Below, piece by piece: positions 47,633 to 60,100 of a DNA stretch of 63,872 nt. Origin of the DNA: Malacoraja senta (Eukaryota). A program made the position numbers and the translations under genes. The stretch is from positions 186,001 to 249,872 of the forward strand of contig JAXLNO010001025.1 in the NCBI GenBank assembly GCA_038087875.1. Reading direction: 5' to 3'. The notes beneath the pieces were generated by a model. It was not told where the DNA came from and ran no database searches. It saw only the letters and a program-made list of their open reading frames with translations. Position 1 is the stretch's first letter, and each line of letters opens with the position of its first letter.

Positions 47633-50600
47633 TAGATGTCCCAAAATGGACAATTCTGACTTACGATGCGATAGAACTTTATCTATCCCACGAGGGAAAT
47701 TGATCTGCCAACAGTGATAAAACACAAGATAAAGGCGGTCATGGTGGCACAGCGGTAGAGTTGCTGCTTTGCAGCGAATGCAGCGCCTGAGACCCGGGTC
47801 CGATTACGGGTGCTGTCTGTACGGAGTTTGTATGTTCTCCCCGTTACCTGTGTCGATTTTCTCCGAGAACTTTGGTTTCCTCCCACACTCCAAAGATGTA
47901 CAGGTCTGTCAGTTAATTGGCTTCGGTAACATTGTAATTGTCCCTAGTGTGTGGAATAATGCTAGCGTACGGGATGATCGCTGGTTAGTGTTAATGTGCG
48001 GAATCGCTGGTCGGCGCGGACCCGGTGGGCCGAAGGGACTGTTTCCGTGCTTTATCTCTAAACTAAACTAAACGGGTTAATTATGGTAGTGCTTTAGGAA
48101 TGTTGGATACAGAACAGCGTACAGCCGAGTCTTAAACAATGCCTCTGGAGAATAATCTATTCCGTTTTGGACTAATCATGCTTTTTTTGTTGATGGTGTG
48201 AAAAAAAGTAAATCTTTGAGGCTGGGCAAATATCCATGGGTCAGGCAAACTAGTTTAAATTGGACAAATTGCATCTTCACCTCAAATGAAATAAATTGGC
48301 TTGTTCAACTGTTGCTTAATCTTCCACATGAACTCGTTTACAGCATCTGCAGACTCCTTTTAATTAAAAAAAAATTTAAAATAGGGTTCGACTTTGTCAA
48401 AGCTTCACGTAAACCCAACATTTTGCATCTTTGAACCATGAATTGGAGACTTAAAAATCTCTGTCGAATTGGTTATCAAAATTACCAAGTGCTCCCGGAA
48501 TGTCACCAGCTCTTGGGAACATTTTCATTATAATTCTTAACTTTTCCTTCAAATTCGATTTTTTTTTTTAAAGGTTCAGCTTTAAACAGCCTTTTAATTT
48601 TAAATATCCTTGGCAGACTCTGTGGGCTGAAGGGCCTGTTTCTGCACTGCATCTCTAAAACTAAAACTAAACTCACACGAGGGCCAGAGATGGGAACTGA
48701 ATATTCAAGGGTATACCTCGTATCGAAAAGACAGACAGTGGGCAGAGGGGGTGGGGTAGCTCTGTTGGTGAGGAATGAATTTCAGTCGCTTGCAAGGGGT
48801 GACATTTAAACAGGAGATGTGGTGTCCGTATGGATAGAACTGAGTTACTCCAGCACAGAGTGCTGGAGTAACTCAGTGGGTCAGGCAGCATCTCTGGAGA
48901 ACATGGAAAGGTGACTGGAGGGGGACCGACGTTTTGACAGGCAGGTTTGCTAGTGCTACACGTGTGGATTTACACTAAATATTGGGCGGAGGGATTGACT
49001 AATTGGGAGTATAAAGATGGAGTTAAAGGGGAAGTGAGTACAGGAAAAGTTACAAAAGACTTCTGAATTAATGGGAAGGAAAGTTTGAGAAGGGATAAAA
49101 GAGTAAGATCAGGGCCATTTGCGAACGGTGCGAGGGGGACGTGAATACGGATGTCAAAGTGCTGTATATGAACGCGCAAAGTATAAGAAATAAAGTGGAC
49201 GAGCTTGAGGCTCAGTTAGAAATTGGCAAGTATGATGTTGTGGGAATTACAGAGACATGGCTGCAAGAGGACCAGGGCTGGGAACTGAATATTCAAGAGT
49301 ATACCTCCTATCGAAAAGAGACAGGTGGGCAGAGGGGATGGGGTAGCTCTATTGGTGAGGAATGAATTTCAGTTGCTTGAAAGGGGTGACATTGAAACAG
49401 GAGGTGGAGTCAGTATGGATAGAAATAAGGAATAGTAAGGGTAAAAAGACCCTAATGGGACTTAACTACAGGCCCCCAAACAGTAGCCTGGATCTAGGGT
49501 GCAAGTTGAATCAGGAGTTAAAATTGCCATGTGGTAAAGGTAATGCTATGGTTGTTAAGGGAGATTTCAACATGCAGAATGACTGGGAAAATCAGGTTGG
49601 TACCGGACCCCAGAAGGAGTTTGTGGAGTGCCTCCTTGATAGATTCTTACAGCAGCTTGTATTGGAGCATACCAGGGAGAAGGCAATTCTGGATTTTGTG
49701 TTATATAATGAACCGGATTTGATAAAGGAATTTGAGGTTAAGGAGCCATTAGGAGAAAGTGACCATAATATGGTCAAGTTTAATCTACAATTGGAGAGGG
49801 AGAAGGGTAAATCGGAGGTGTCAGTGTTACGGTTGAATAAAGGGGACTATGGAGCCATGAGGGAGGAGCTGGCCAAAGTTGACCGGAAAGATACCCTAGC
49901 AGGGATGACAGTGGAACAACAATGGCAGGTATTTCTGGGAATAATACAGAAGGTGCAGGATCAGTAAATTCCAAAGAGGAAGAAAGATTCCAAGGGGAGT
50001 AAGGGGCGACCATGCCTGACAAGGGACGTCAGGGACAGTTTAAAAATAAAAGAGAAGTACTACGTAGCAAAGATGAGCAGGGAGCAAGAGGATTGGGTAA
50101 TGTTTAAGGAGCAACAGAAGATAACTAAGAAGGCAATACGGGGAGAAAAGATGAGGTACAAAGATAAGCTAGCCAAGAATATAAAGGAGGATAGTAAAAG
50201 CTTCCTTAGGTATCTGAAGAGGAAAAAAATAGTTAAGACCAAAGTTGGATCCTTGAAGACTGAAAAAGATGAATTTATTATGGGGTACAAGGAAATGGCA
50301 GATGAGTTGAATGAGTACTTTGGATCTGTCTTCACTAAGGAGGACACAAACAATCTTCCTGATGTACTAGTGGCCAGAGGATCTGGGGTGACAGAGGAAC
50401 TGAAGGAAATCCACATTAGGCAGGAAATGGTGTTGGATAGACTGATGGGACTGAAGGCTGATAAATCCCCAGGGCCTGATGGTCTGCATCCCAGGGCACT
50501 TAAGGAAGTGGCTCTAGAAATCCTGGACCAATTGGTGATAATTTTCCAATGTTCTGTAGATTCAGGATCCGTTCCTGTTGATTGGAGGTTAGCTAATGTT

Positions 50601-50655
50601 CTCCCACTTTTTAAGAAAGGCGGGAGAGAGAAAACAGGGAATTATAGACCAGTTA

Positions 50656-50882
50656 AGGGCCTGTCCCACTTTCACGACGTAATTCACGACCTCTGCCGAG
50701 TTTGCCCTTGACTCATACTCGCAGCATGGTCATCACAAGGTCGTAGGTAGGTCGTAGCAGGCCGTGATGCATGTCGTAGGTACTGGTGGCGTCAAGTAGG
50801 TCGGGGCTATTTTCTAGCATGATGAAAAATGTCCACGAGTAAAAAAGGTCGTGAATAAAGTCGTGAAAGTGGGACAAGCCCT
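50656..50882 (+). mobile_element. PIF/Harbinger MITE, 227 bp
   Basis: TIR AGGGC(C/T)TGTCCCACTTTCACGAC with a TTA TSD (50653-50655 and 50883-50885). Removing it restores CR1 gaccagttaacctgac. Confidence 0.92.
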
Positions 50883-52162
50883 TTAACCTGACATCGGTGG
50901 TGGGGAAGATGCTGGAGTCAATTATAAAAGATGAAATAGCGGCATTTGGATAGCAGTAACTGGATCGGTCCGAGTCAGCATGGATTTACGAAGGGGAAAT
51001 CATGCTTGACTAATCTTCTGGAATTTTTTCAGGATGTAACTAGGAAAATGGACAAAGGAGAGCCAGTGAATGTAGTGTACCTGGACTTTCAGAAAGCATT
51101 TGATAAGGTCCCACATAGATTAGTGGGCAAAATGAGGGCACATGGTATTGGGGGTAGAGTGCTGACATGGATAGAAAATTGGTTGGCAGACAGGAAACAA
51201 AGAGTAGGGATTAACGGGTCCCTTTCAGAATGGCAGGCAGTGACTAGTGGGGTACCACAAGGCTCGGTGCTGGGACTGCAGCAATTTACAAAACACATTA
51301 ATGATTTAGATGAAGGGATTCAAAGTAACATGAGCAAATTTGCAGATGACGCAAAGCTCGGTGACAGTGTGAAACTGTGAGGAAGATGCTATGAGAATGC
51401 AGGATGACTTGGACAGGTTTGGGTGTGTGGGCAGATGCACGGCACATGCAGCTTAATGTGGATAAATATGTGGTTATCCACTTTGGTAGCAAAAACAGGA
51501 AGGCAGATTATTATAGACTAAATGGTGTCAAGTTGGGAAAAGGGGAAGTACAACGGGATCGGGGGTCCTTGTTCATCAGTCAATGAAAGTAAGCATGCAG
51601 GTACAGCAGGCAGTGAAGAAAGCGAATGGCATGTTGGCCATAACAAGAGTTGAGTATAGGAGCAAACAGGTCCTTCTGCAGTTGTATAGGGCCCTAGTGA
51701 GACCACACCTGGAGTATTGTGTGCAGTTTTGGTCCCCTAATTTGAGGAAGGACTTTCTGGCTATAGTGGGAGTGCAGCGTAGGTTTACAAGCTTAATTCC
51801 CGGGAAGGCGGGACTGTCATATGCTGAGAGAATGGAGCGGCTGGGCTTGTATACTCTGGAGTTAAGGATGAGAGGGGATCTTATTGAAACATATAAGATT
51901 ATTAAGGGTTTGGACATGCAAGAGGCAGGAAACATGTTCCCGATGTTGGGGGAGTCCAGAATCAGGGGCCACAGTTTAAGAATAAGGGGTAACCATTTAG
52001 AACAGAGATGAGGAAACACTTCTTCACACAGAGAGTTGAGAGTCTGTGGAATTCTCTGCCTTAGTGGAGGCCGGTTCTCTGGATACGTTCAAGAGACTGC
52101 TAGATAGGGCTCTTAAAGATAGCGGAGCCAGGGGATATGCAGGGAAGGCAGGAACGGTACCC

Positions 52163-52781
52163 GGACATGGCGTTGAAGGACAAGAAGCCGAAGCAAAAAG
52201 TGAAAGCCAAATAACTGAACCGAAACGAAGCCGAAACGCCAACTAACCAAAAGGGTGGGACGCCTAAAAGCAAACTAACCGAACGGACATGACGCCGCCG
52301 GGGGGGGGGGGGGCGGGACGGGACTGTACAACTTTGAGCTCGGGGTCAGAGTGCCCAGTCACCTATGGCTTGTGTGGGAAAATGACCCCCACCCTCCCAT
52401 CTCCATCGGCCAATGATGTGATGGACGTGGGGGTCTGGACCAATCGCTGACATGTCCCGCCCCCACCCGGCCGTTATTTGACTTTTCGCAGAGCGGCCAT
52501 TTGGTAAGTTGCCTTGTAGGTGATGCAGCCTTTCGGTCAGTTGGCGTTTTGGCAGGGCGACCTTTCGGTGAGTTTGCTTTTAGGCGTCCAGCCCTTTTGG
52601 TGAGTTTGCTTTTAGGCGTCCCACCCTTTTGGTGAGTTTGCTTTTAGGCGTCCCATCCTTTCGGGTAGTTGGCGTTTCGGCTTCATACGCATTTGGTTAT
52701 TTGGTGTTTCGGCTTCGTTTCCGTTCGGTCATTTGGATTCCACTTTTTTGCTTCGGCTTCTCATCCTTCGAGGCCACGTCC
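52163..52781. mobile_element. Unclassified MITE-like element with long imperfect terminal inverted repeats
   Basis: Left end ggacatggcgttgaaggacaagaagccgaagcaaaaagtg versus reverse complement of right end ggacgtggcctcgaaggatgagaagccgaagcaaaaaagtg. Internal ccgaa and approximately 30-bp tandem repeats. Confidence 0.65.
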
Positions 52782-53204
52782 ACACATGGGCAGTAATGGG
52801 GTAGTGATAGGGGATGATCAGCCATGATCACATTGAATGGCAGTGCTGGCTCGAAGGGCCAAAAGACCTACTCCTGCACCTATTGTCTATTGTCTATTGG
52901 CTCATCCCTGGATTGTTACTGGGTTCTCTTCCTGGGAGCTCTTTGTAACCCGAACGGTTTGCAAATGGGAAATGTAGGTACGGGCCGATTTCCCACTTGG
53001 CAAAAGATGCCTTGAGTCCCATAGCAACCGCCAAATCCATCCGCTGGACTCCCAAACACTATTGGATGGATGGGCTGTACATAAAGAGGGTGACTCTGCA
53101 GTAGGTAGGATCTGCATCTAAATGTAGAGCAGACAAAATGTAAAGGAAGGAACTGCAGATGCTGATTTACACCAAAGATAAACACAAAATGCTGGAGTAA
53201 CTTA

Positions 53205-53427
53205 AGGGCCTGTCCCACTTTCCCGAGTTATTCCCGAATTCTCCTGAATTATTCACGATTTATCCCGAGTTTTCAAACGCTCAGAATGTTCGTAATGACT
53301 CCGTAGGAGTCTGTGTATATATCGTAGCGGCTCGTTATGCCAGCCGTAGGTACTCGGGGCTATTTTTTTACTCGTGGACATTTTTCATCATGCTAAAAAA
53401 ACGTCCCGACTTACCTGATGCCCCGAT
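53205..53427 (-). mobile_element. One-ended copy of the Harbinger MITE family
   Basis: tta|AGGGCCTGTCCCACTTT. Its reverse complement shares tagcatgatgaaaaatgtccacgagtaaaaaa with 50656-50882. Confidence 0.8.
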
Positions 53428-54109
53428 GTTGGGGCGATCCAAGCTCCTGCGGCTTGGAGTTCCCGATGACTGTCTCTCACCAGAGACCGCGGGCTCCGCG
53501 ATGTTAAGCCCCACAGGCTGCTGTGGTGGAGCCGCCCTGTAATGAGCCATGTAATGAGAAATAAATACCTCCCGGCCAAATAATCTTTGGTGCAAGCATT
53601 GAATTTGGCAGAATAACTGCATTAATTTGTCCAACTTGTGTTTGTTTTCCACTGTAGCAACAACTTGCCGATACAAGTCGCACATCATCAATTCCCAGGA
53701 AGAGCATGGTAAAGCGGCTCAGTCGGTGAGTAGAATAAAATAGCACTGCATCTGGTTAACCCAGAGAGCACGGTCCCTCATTGATGTGTGGGAAGGAGCA
53801 GAACTGCAGATGCTGGTTTAAACCGAAGATAGACACAAAAAGCTGGAATAACTCAGCGGGTCAGGCAGCATCTGTGGAGAAAAGGAATGGGTGATGTTTA
53901 AGATTGAGACCGTTCTTCAGACTGAGAGTCAGGGGTGAGGGAAACGAGAGATATGGAAGACATTTGAAAGCAGACGATGTTCAAGGTATAGTAAATTGGT
54001 TCATTCGAAGGTAGACAGAAAATGCTGGAGTAACTCAGCGGGACAGGCAGCATCTCTGGAGAGAAGGAATGGGTGACATTTTGGGTCGAGACCCTTCTGC
54101 AGACTAGAA

Positions 54110-57100
54110 TGGTTCATTGGTCAAATATATCACTCCTCTTATCTCTCCAAAACCAGAGGCACTGCAATTTTACTTCGGAGTCACGTGAGTGACTACGTGA
54201 AGACCCTGCCAGCCCACATGCGCATCATATCGTCTAATGCATTGCGCAACGACGGCTGGCGGGAGCGCTGCTCCACTAGCGGTCAAACCTAAAGGTAAAT
54301 TTTAACTTTTTCCAGGTCTGTTTTCTCCTTACAGGAAGCTCTTTACAGAGTTCCAGCTGGAGACATTCCGGGGTCGAAATCCCGGCTTCACCCGGCTCCA
54401 TTCTACAGGGACCACGGGGGGGGGGGGAGGCGGAATCCCGGCAGCGAAAACTGCGGGGATCCGGCTCGGGGGAAGCTCGACCACAGACATCGCGGGGAAG
54501 CCCTTCCACAGGGACCACGGGGAACCCGCTACGGAGACTATTTTTGCGGGTAGCGGGCGGCGGTCGAATTCGCCTTTTCGGGTCGCTGGCGGTGGAGCCA
54601 GCGGCTTCAGACTGGTGCCGGTAGCACCCAGGCAACCCCGCTTGGAGGGTAAGCCACTACATTATCTACAGAGATGCCGGCTACGGACCACGGGAGAGCG
54701 GATAGCCGGTGGCTGTCGGGTTCGCACGGTGGAGCAGGACTCAAGGTCGGCAACTTCGACTTGGGCAGCTCAAAGGTAGGCAACCAAACAAAGTCGTAGA
54801 GGCCCGGGCTGGACGAGCCTGGCCAGGAGGGTTCCCCTCTGACATTCTAGGGTACGTCCTCGGACATCTTACCCAGCCTGATATGGTCCACTAAAACAGG
54901 GCCATATCAGCACAAGGTCCACGGAGGTTTACGGCAGCACCTGTGTACAGGGCTGCTCACAGATCTCCCTCTCGGTAGAGAGGCATGCATGAGTCAGTGT
55001 GTGACTGACCCCAACCCCGGAGGAATGTCCATGGCACATGCTGCCATTCATGAGCGTCACTAACGGCATAAACACCCCTACGCCTCCATGGCATTAGTAG
55101 TTATAGTGTATTATTTCAAGTATATGGCCATACAGGGTAGGCACCATTATGCTGATACCCTCTGATTAATTGATTAATTGATTGATTGATTGATTGATTG
55201 ATTTTTACTTTATTAATCCCCTTATTCAGGGGAAATTCAGATGTCCTTGCAGCACACTAATAAAAATACAACATAGCATTAAAGAATTTTAACATTAAAA
55301 CATAAAAACATCCCCTCACAATGGTGCCCACTGTGGGGGAAGGCACAAAGGCATAATTGTTTCAGTTCTACACATGGTGATGTCATGGTACTTCCGCTCA
55401 TTATAGGGACTGTGGAAGATTCTTCCCCGTGACGCAGAGTTTAGTCATATCAATAAAGTAATCAAATCTTTGATTTAACTGGGTGGCGTCTTTGTTTATG
55501 TAAACGTCTTTGCCCATGACAAATATCTGGCAGGTTTTTCCAGCATTTCTCCCACTAGGTCTGGCATAACATGAGGCACTCCAGTCCTTCCCTGTAGACT
55601 GCATTGGCATCAGAAAGGAGCAACGAGTCCTTGCGGCTGCTGAAGGAAGCAACCTGACAAACCCCAACTCAGAGTGAGTGCCAAGTCTTGGGCATCTATG
55701 TCAGACAAGATTGCGACTCGTCGCAGTCAAGAACAGTCCATCCTAAGGCACGTCAGGCAGCAGCTCCTGGTTCAGGATTGCAAATTTCCTCCCACTCAAA
55801 GGAACGGAGTGGTAGAGGGTACTACAGAAGTGCACATGTGCCTGAAGCGACACCTGTTTCAGGGTTGCAATTCCTCCCACTCGATCGAATGTAGTGATGG
55901 AGATGGTGCTAAAATACATGCACACATGCCTGAGGCAGCTCCTGGGTCAGGTTGCATAAGTCCTCCCATTCGGATGTAGGAAGGATGAAGCTGTTTGAGG
56001 CAGCTCCTGGTTCAGGTTGCATAAGTCCTCCCATTCGGAGGTATGAAGGATGAAGGTGGAGCCATATGATGCCTCCTGTCACGGATACAAGTTGGTAATA
56101 TTTACACTTGTTTTTTGTACAGATAACAATGATAACATGAGATAAGTTTATACTGCACAGAATACAAGCAAGGGAGGCTCGCAATTATGGCAGATGTGGC
56201 CTGTTCATTGTCAACAGGTTCAACTCGCATGTACAGTATAGACATTTCTGAATATTTGGTTGTTAAACCAAACCATGGACATGCTCACTGCAGATTGTAG
56301 GGATAACACCAAATAAGCTGTATTTTCCTCATAAGGAGATGGGAAGTAGTTGTTTTATGTTAATATTACATATGTTTAGGCACGGATGACTGACGTCTTG
56401 AAGTTCAGGTTATATGGGTTTTGACAAATATTAAGTTAAAGTGCCATTTATTGTGCCGAACATGCCTTCTCATCATATAGGCTGCGGGGAGCAGAATCCA
56501 CTCTGTCGGGTCTCGCTCTCTGATATCTAAATTATGAAGGGTATCTTCAAACTCAAAACCTCCCAGGCCCAGGTACGCAGAAATATGGGATGTTAACATT
56601 GTGCTAACGCCGCTTCGCCGGTGGGATCCAGCTACATCCCTGTCCTTGGTCAAACTCACTTACAAAGTGGTTATGCTCATGGGGCTGAGTCCAGCGCAAC
56701 GGGTCCAGTCATTGCATAAGCTAGGGACTGGACAGAATGATTATATCTGCAAGCAAAATAACATTTTATGGTTATGTCTTAGTCAAGCAGAATAGACCAG
56801 GGGTATCAGGTCTTAAACTATACTTGTTGGCATAACCCTTGGATGTTCGGTTGTTTGTGGTCACACATCTACACCAGTATGTTAAGGTCACTAAGAGCTT
56901 AAAGACTCTGAACTAGCAATATTTGTTAGGTACATAAAGCCTCATAAGTAGGTATCACTACAGACCATCTCCAGGTGGTTAATGGGTTCTGGCTTATACA
57001 GGAGTGAACACTGACATTTTAAAGTCTCACTCTACCTGGGCTGCAACAACATCAGCAGCAGGGTTATAGACGTTTCGCGGGACTACATCCTAGCGGCTGC

Positions 57101-60100
57101 AGGATGGTCAAACGAACGATCTTCCAAACATTTTAGAACTAACCCATTGCCAGGCCTGGGGTATTTGCCAACTCTATGTGCGGTTCTGTTTATAGTTTCC
57201 TCCCGGTTGAGGGAGGTTACTATTATCATTAATTGTCCATTAAAAGCATCAACATGTCTATATCTATGTCATGTCTGAATGCATTATTAATGTTCACTCA
57301 TGATTGGTCAACTGATGCAGTGTGTGACGCATGGACTCGTTTCCACGGCATGAAATCACAGAGCTTTGAAATCTTCACGTAGTCACTCACGTAACTCCGA
57401 AGTAAAATAGTAAGATCAAACTTCAAACTGGTAAGTTCTCGTTTAATCTATATTTTATGAGGAGTTACGTTGAGGGATTACGTGCCCTCCACTCCCAACC
57501 CTCAATCATAAAGGTCAGCTGGTATGCTAGTTCTCTTATCTTACTATGTTTAGTTCAACTACTGTTATCTTTGATTTCACACCGCTGCTTTGAAGATTGA
57601 TGCGCATGCACGTAATCCCTCAACGTAACTCATAAAATAAAGATCAAACTTCAAACTGGTAAGTTCTCGTTTAATCTTACTATTATAATCCGTAAGGGCA
57701 TACCATTTAAACATAAAAACACCATAGCGGACAAACATGGTAGGTACGTCATAGTTTCTGGGGAGATATATTCTACCCCACTCACTGTGGTAAATATCTA
57801 TGCTCCTAACTTTGACAACCCACAATTTTTAAATAAAATTTTGAATATAATTTCAGACTCCACCCAGCAAAACCTGATAATTGGGGGAGATTTCAATTGT
57901 GTTCTGGATCAATACTTGGATAAATCTTCACAACAAAAGAGATATAATACAAAATCAAAATCCAGCGAACTCTTAAATACGTATATAAGAAATACAAATA
58001 TAACAGACGTATGGAGGATTGCAAACCCATCCGGAAGGGAATACTCCTTCTACTCATCAGTACATAAAACCTATACACGTATTGACTATTTTCTAGTGGA
58101 CACTAATTTAATACCTTTCACAATTAATCCCAAATACCATAATAGTACTATTTCCGATCATTCCCCGCTAACCTTCTCCTTAAAACTAGAAGGAATGTTA
58201 AATAAAAAATCGTTCTGGAGGTTTAACCATCAAATACTAAATAATCTAGATTGCTGTAAATATTTCAAACAACAGATGGAACTCTTTTTTGAGACCAATG
58301 ATACCACAGGTATTTCACCCTCGTTATTATGGGAATCTTTTAAGGCTTTAATTAGTTCTATCATTTCATATCAAGCCTATCAAAACAAAAAGAATAGGAT
58401 GGAACAATTGCAAATAGAAGAACAGATCAGACAACTTGACTTAGAAAACACGATGGATCTGACTATAGATAAACATAACAAGATAGCAGTATTAAAATTT
58501 AAGCTAAATCAAATTCTATCTGCAAGAGTTATCAGATTATTTCAAATTACTAAACAGGAAAATTTTGAATTTGGCGACAAACCACACAAACTTTTAGCAC
58601 GCCAGTTGAGAAAAGTTAAAAAGGACCATACTATCCAAAAAATCAAATCAGAAAAATGTGAATTGTTAACACTTCCAAAAGACATTAATGAAAGATTTGT
58701 CCAATTTTATCAAAATTTATATACATCCAAAACATCAACAGAAAGGAGAAAAATTACAAACTTTCTTGATAACTGTAAACTTCCAGCACTTAATCCGCTG
58801 GAACAAGAGGAATTAGGAGCACAGATTTCAATTAAAGAAATAGAAGAGACAATCAATTCATTGAAGAACGGCAAAACACCAGGACCAGACGGGTTTAGTA
58901 ACAAATTTTATAAAAGGTTTTATGAGGTAATTTCCCCACGTTTATACAACCTTTATACATACGCATTTAAAGAACAGACATTACCACAAACACTAGCTGA
59001 ATCAACTATCACACTTATACCCAAAAAAGATAAAGATCTGGAAGTCCCGGAATCAGAAAGAGCAATCGCCCTGTTAAATACAGATCAGAAAATATTAGCG
59101 AAAACTTTGGCAAGAAGATGAACTAAATACGTTATTAAATTAATACACTCAGATCAAACAGGGTTTATACCCAGACATTCGTTTAATAATTTGAGATGCC
59201 TTTTTAACATAATGTACTCGCACAGAACTAAAAAAGAAGCCTTATCAATAATTTCATTAGATGCAGAAAAAGCATTTGAGCAAGTAGAATGGAAATATCT
59301 TTTTACAGTATTGCAAAAATTTCAGTTGGGAGAAAATGTTATCTCATGGATAAAACTGTTATATGATAAGCCGTCGGTGAGAATACTGACTAACCATATA
59401 CTCTCTCCTAAATTTCAATTATCCAGGGGCAATAGACAGGGATGTGCATTATCACCCCTCTTATTTGCCCTTGCGATTGAACCTCTAGTGGAAAGTATAA
59501 GAGTACATCCGAACATTCACGGCTATAATTCTAAATACTCCAATAATAAAATATCATTATATGCAGATGATGTATTATTATATATCACCAATTCCCAAGT
59601 TAGCATTCCAAATATATTAAATCTTATAGAGGAATTCGGCTCCTTTTCAGGATATAGACTAAACTGGAACAAAAGTGAAATTATGTCAATAAAACCTCAA
59701 AGAGCCGACACACCTTCTAAAATTCCCTTTCAGAATTGCTACGGAAAAATTCAAAGATCTGGGTGTTCAGGTAACCAAAAAATATACCTCTCTATTCAAC
59801 GCAAACTTCCCTCCTTTAGTTACTAAATTAAACGCACTTATTCAATTCTGGAAAACACTCCCGATGTCTCTAATAGGCAGAATAAATGCTATAAAGATGA
59901 TCTTCCTCCCACAAATCCTGTATTTATTACAATCAATACCGACATATTTTCCTAAAAAAAATTCAAAAAACTTGACTCTCTAATTACAAACTTTATTTGG
60001 GATTATAAAACATATAGAATTCATAAATAGCATCTATGTAAACCCAAAGAAACTGGTGGATTGGCTCTCCCCAACTTCTTATACTATTACTGGGCAACGA

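Larger units (their letters stand above)
48930..52890 (+). mobile_element. Near full-length CR1 ORF2 (APE endonuclease and RT), disrupted, with two DNA-transposon insertions
   Basis: LYMNAQSIRNK...GITETWL, YRPPN, GDFN and SDHN endonuclease motifs (49141-49967). RT motifs at 50073-52011 and CR1 tail to about 52895. A separate endonuclease fragment lies at 48668-48840. Confidence 0.93.

Noticed and set aside
52925-53100. PERF motif suggesting cytochrome P450
   Set aside because: No ExxR or FxxGxxxCxG motif, and there is an adjacent stop.
54100-54125. Possible L1 target-site duplication (tagaatg versus taggatg after the tail)
   Set aside because: It is too short and mismatched to distinguish from chance.
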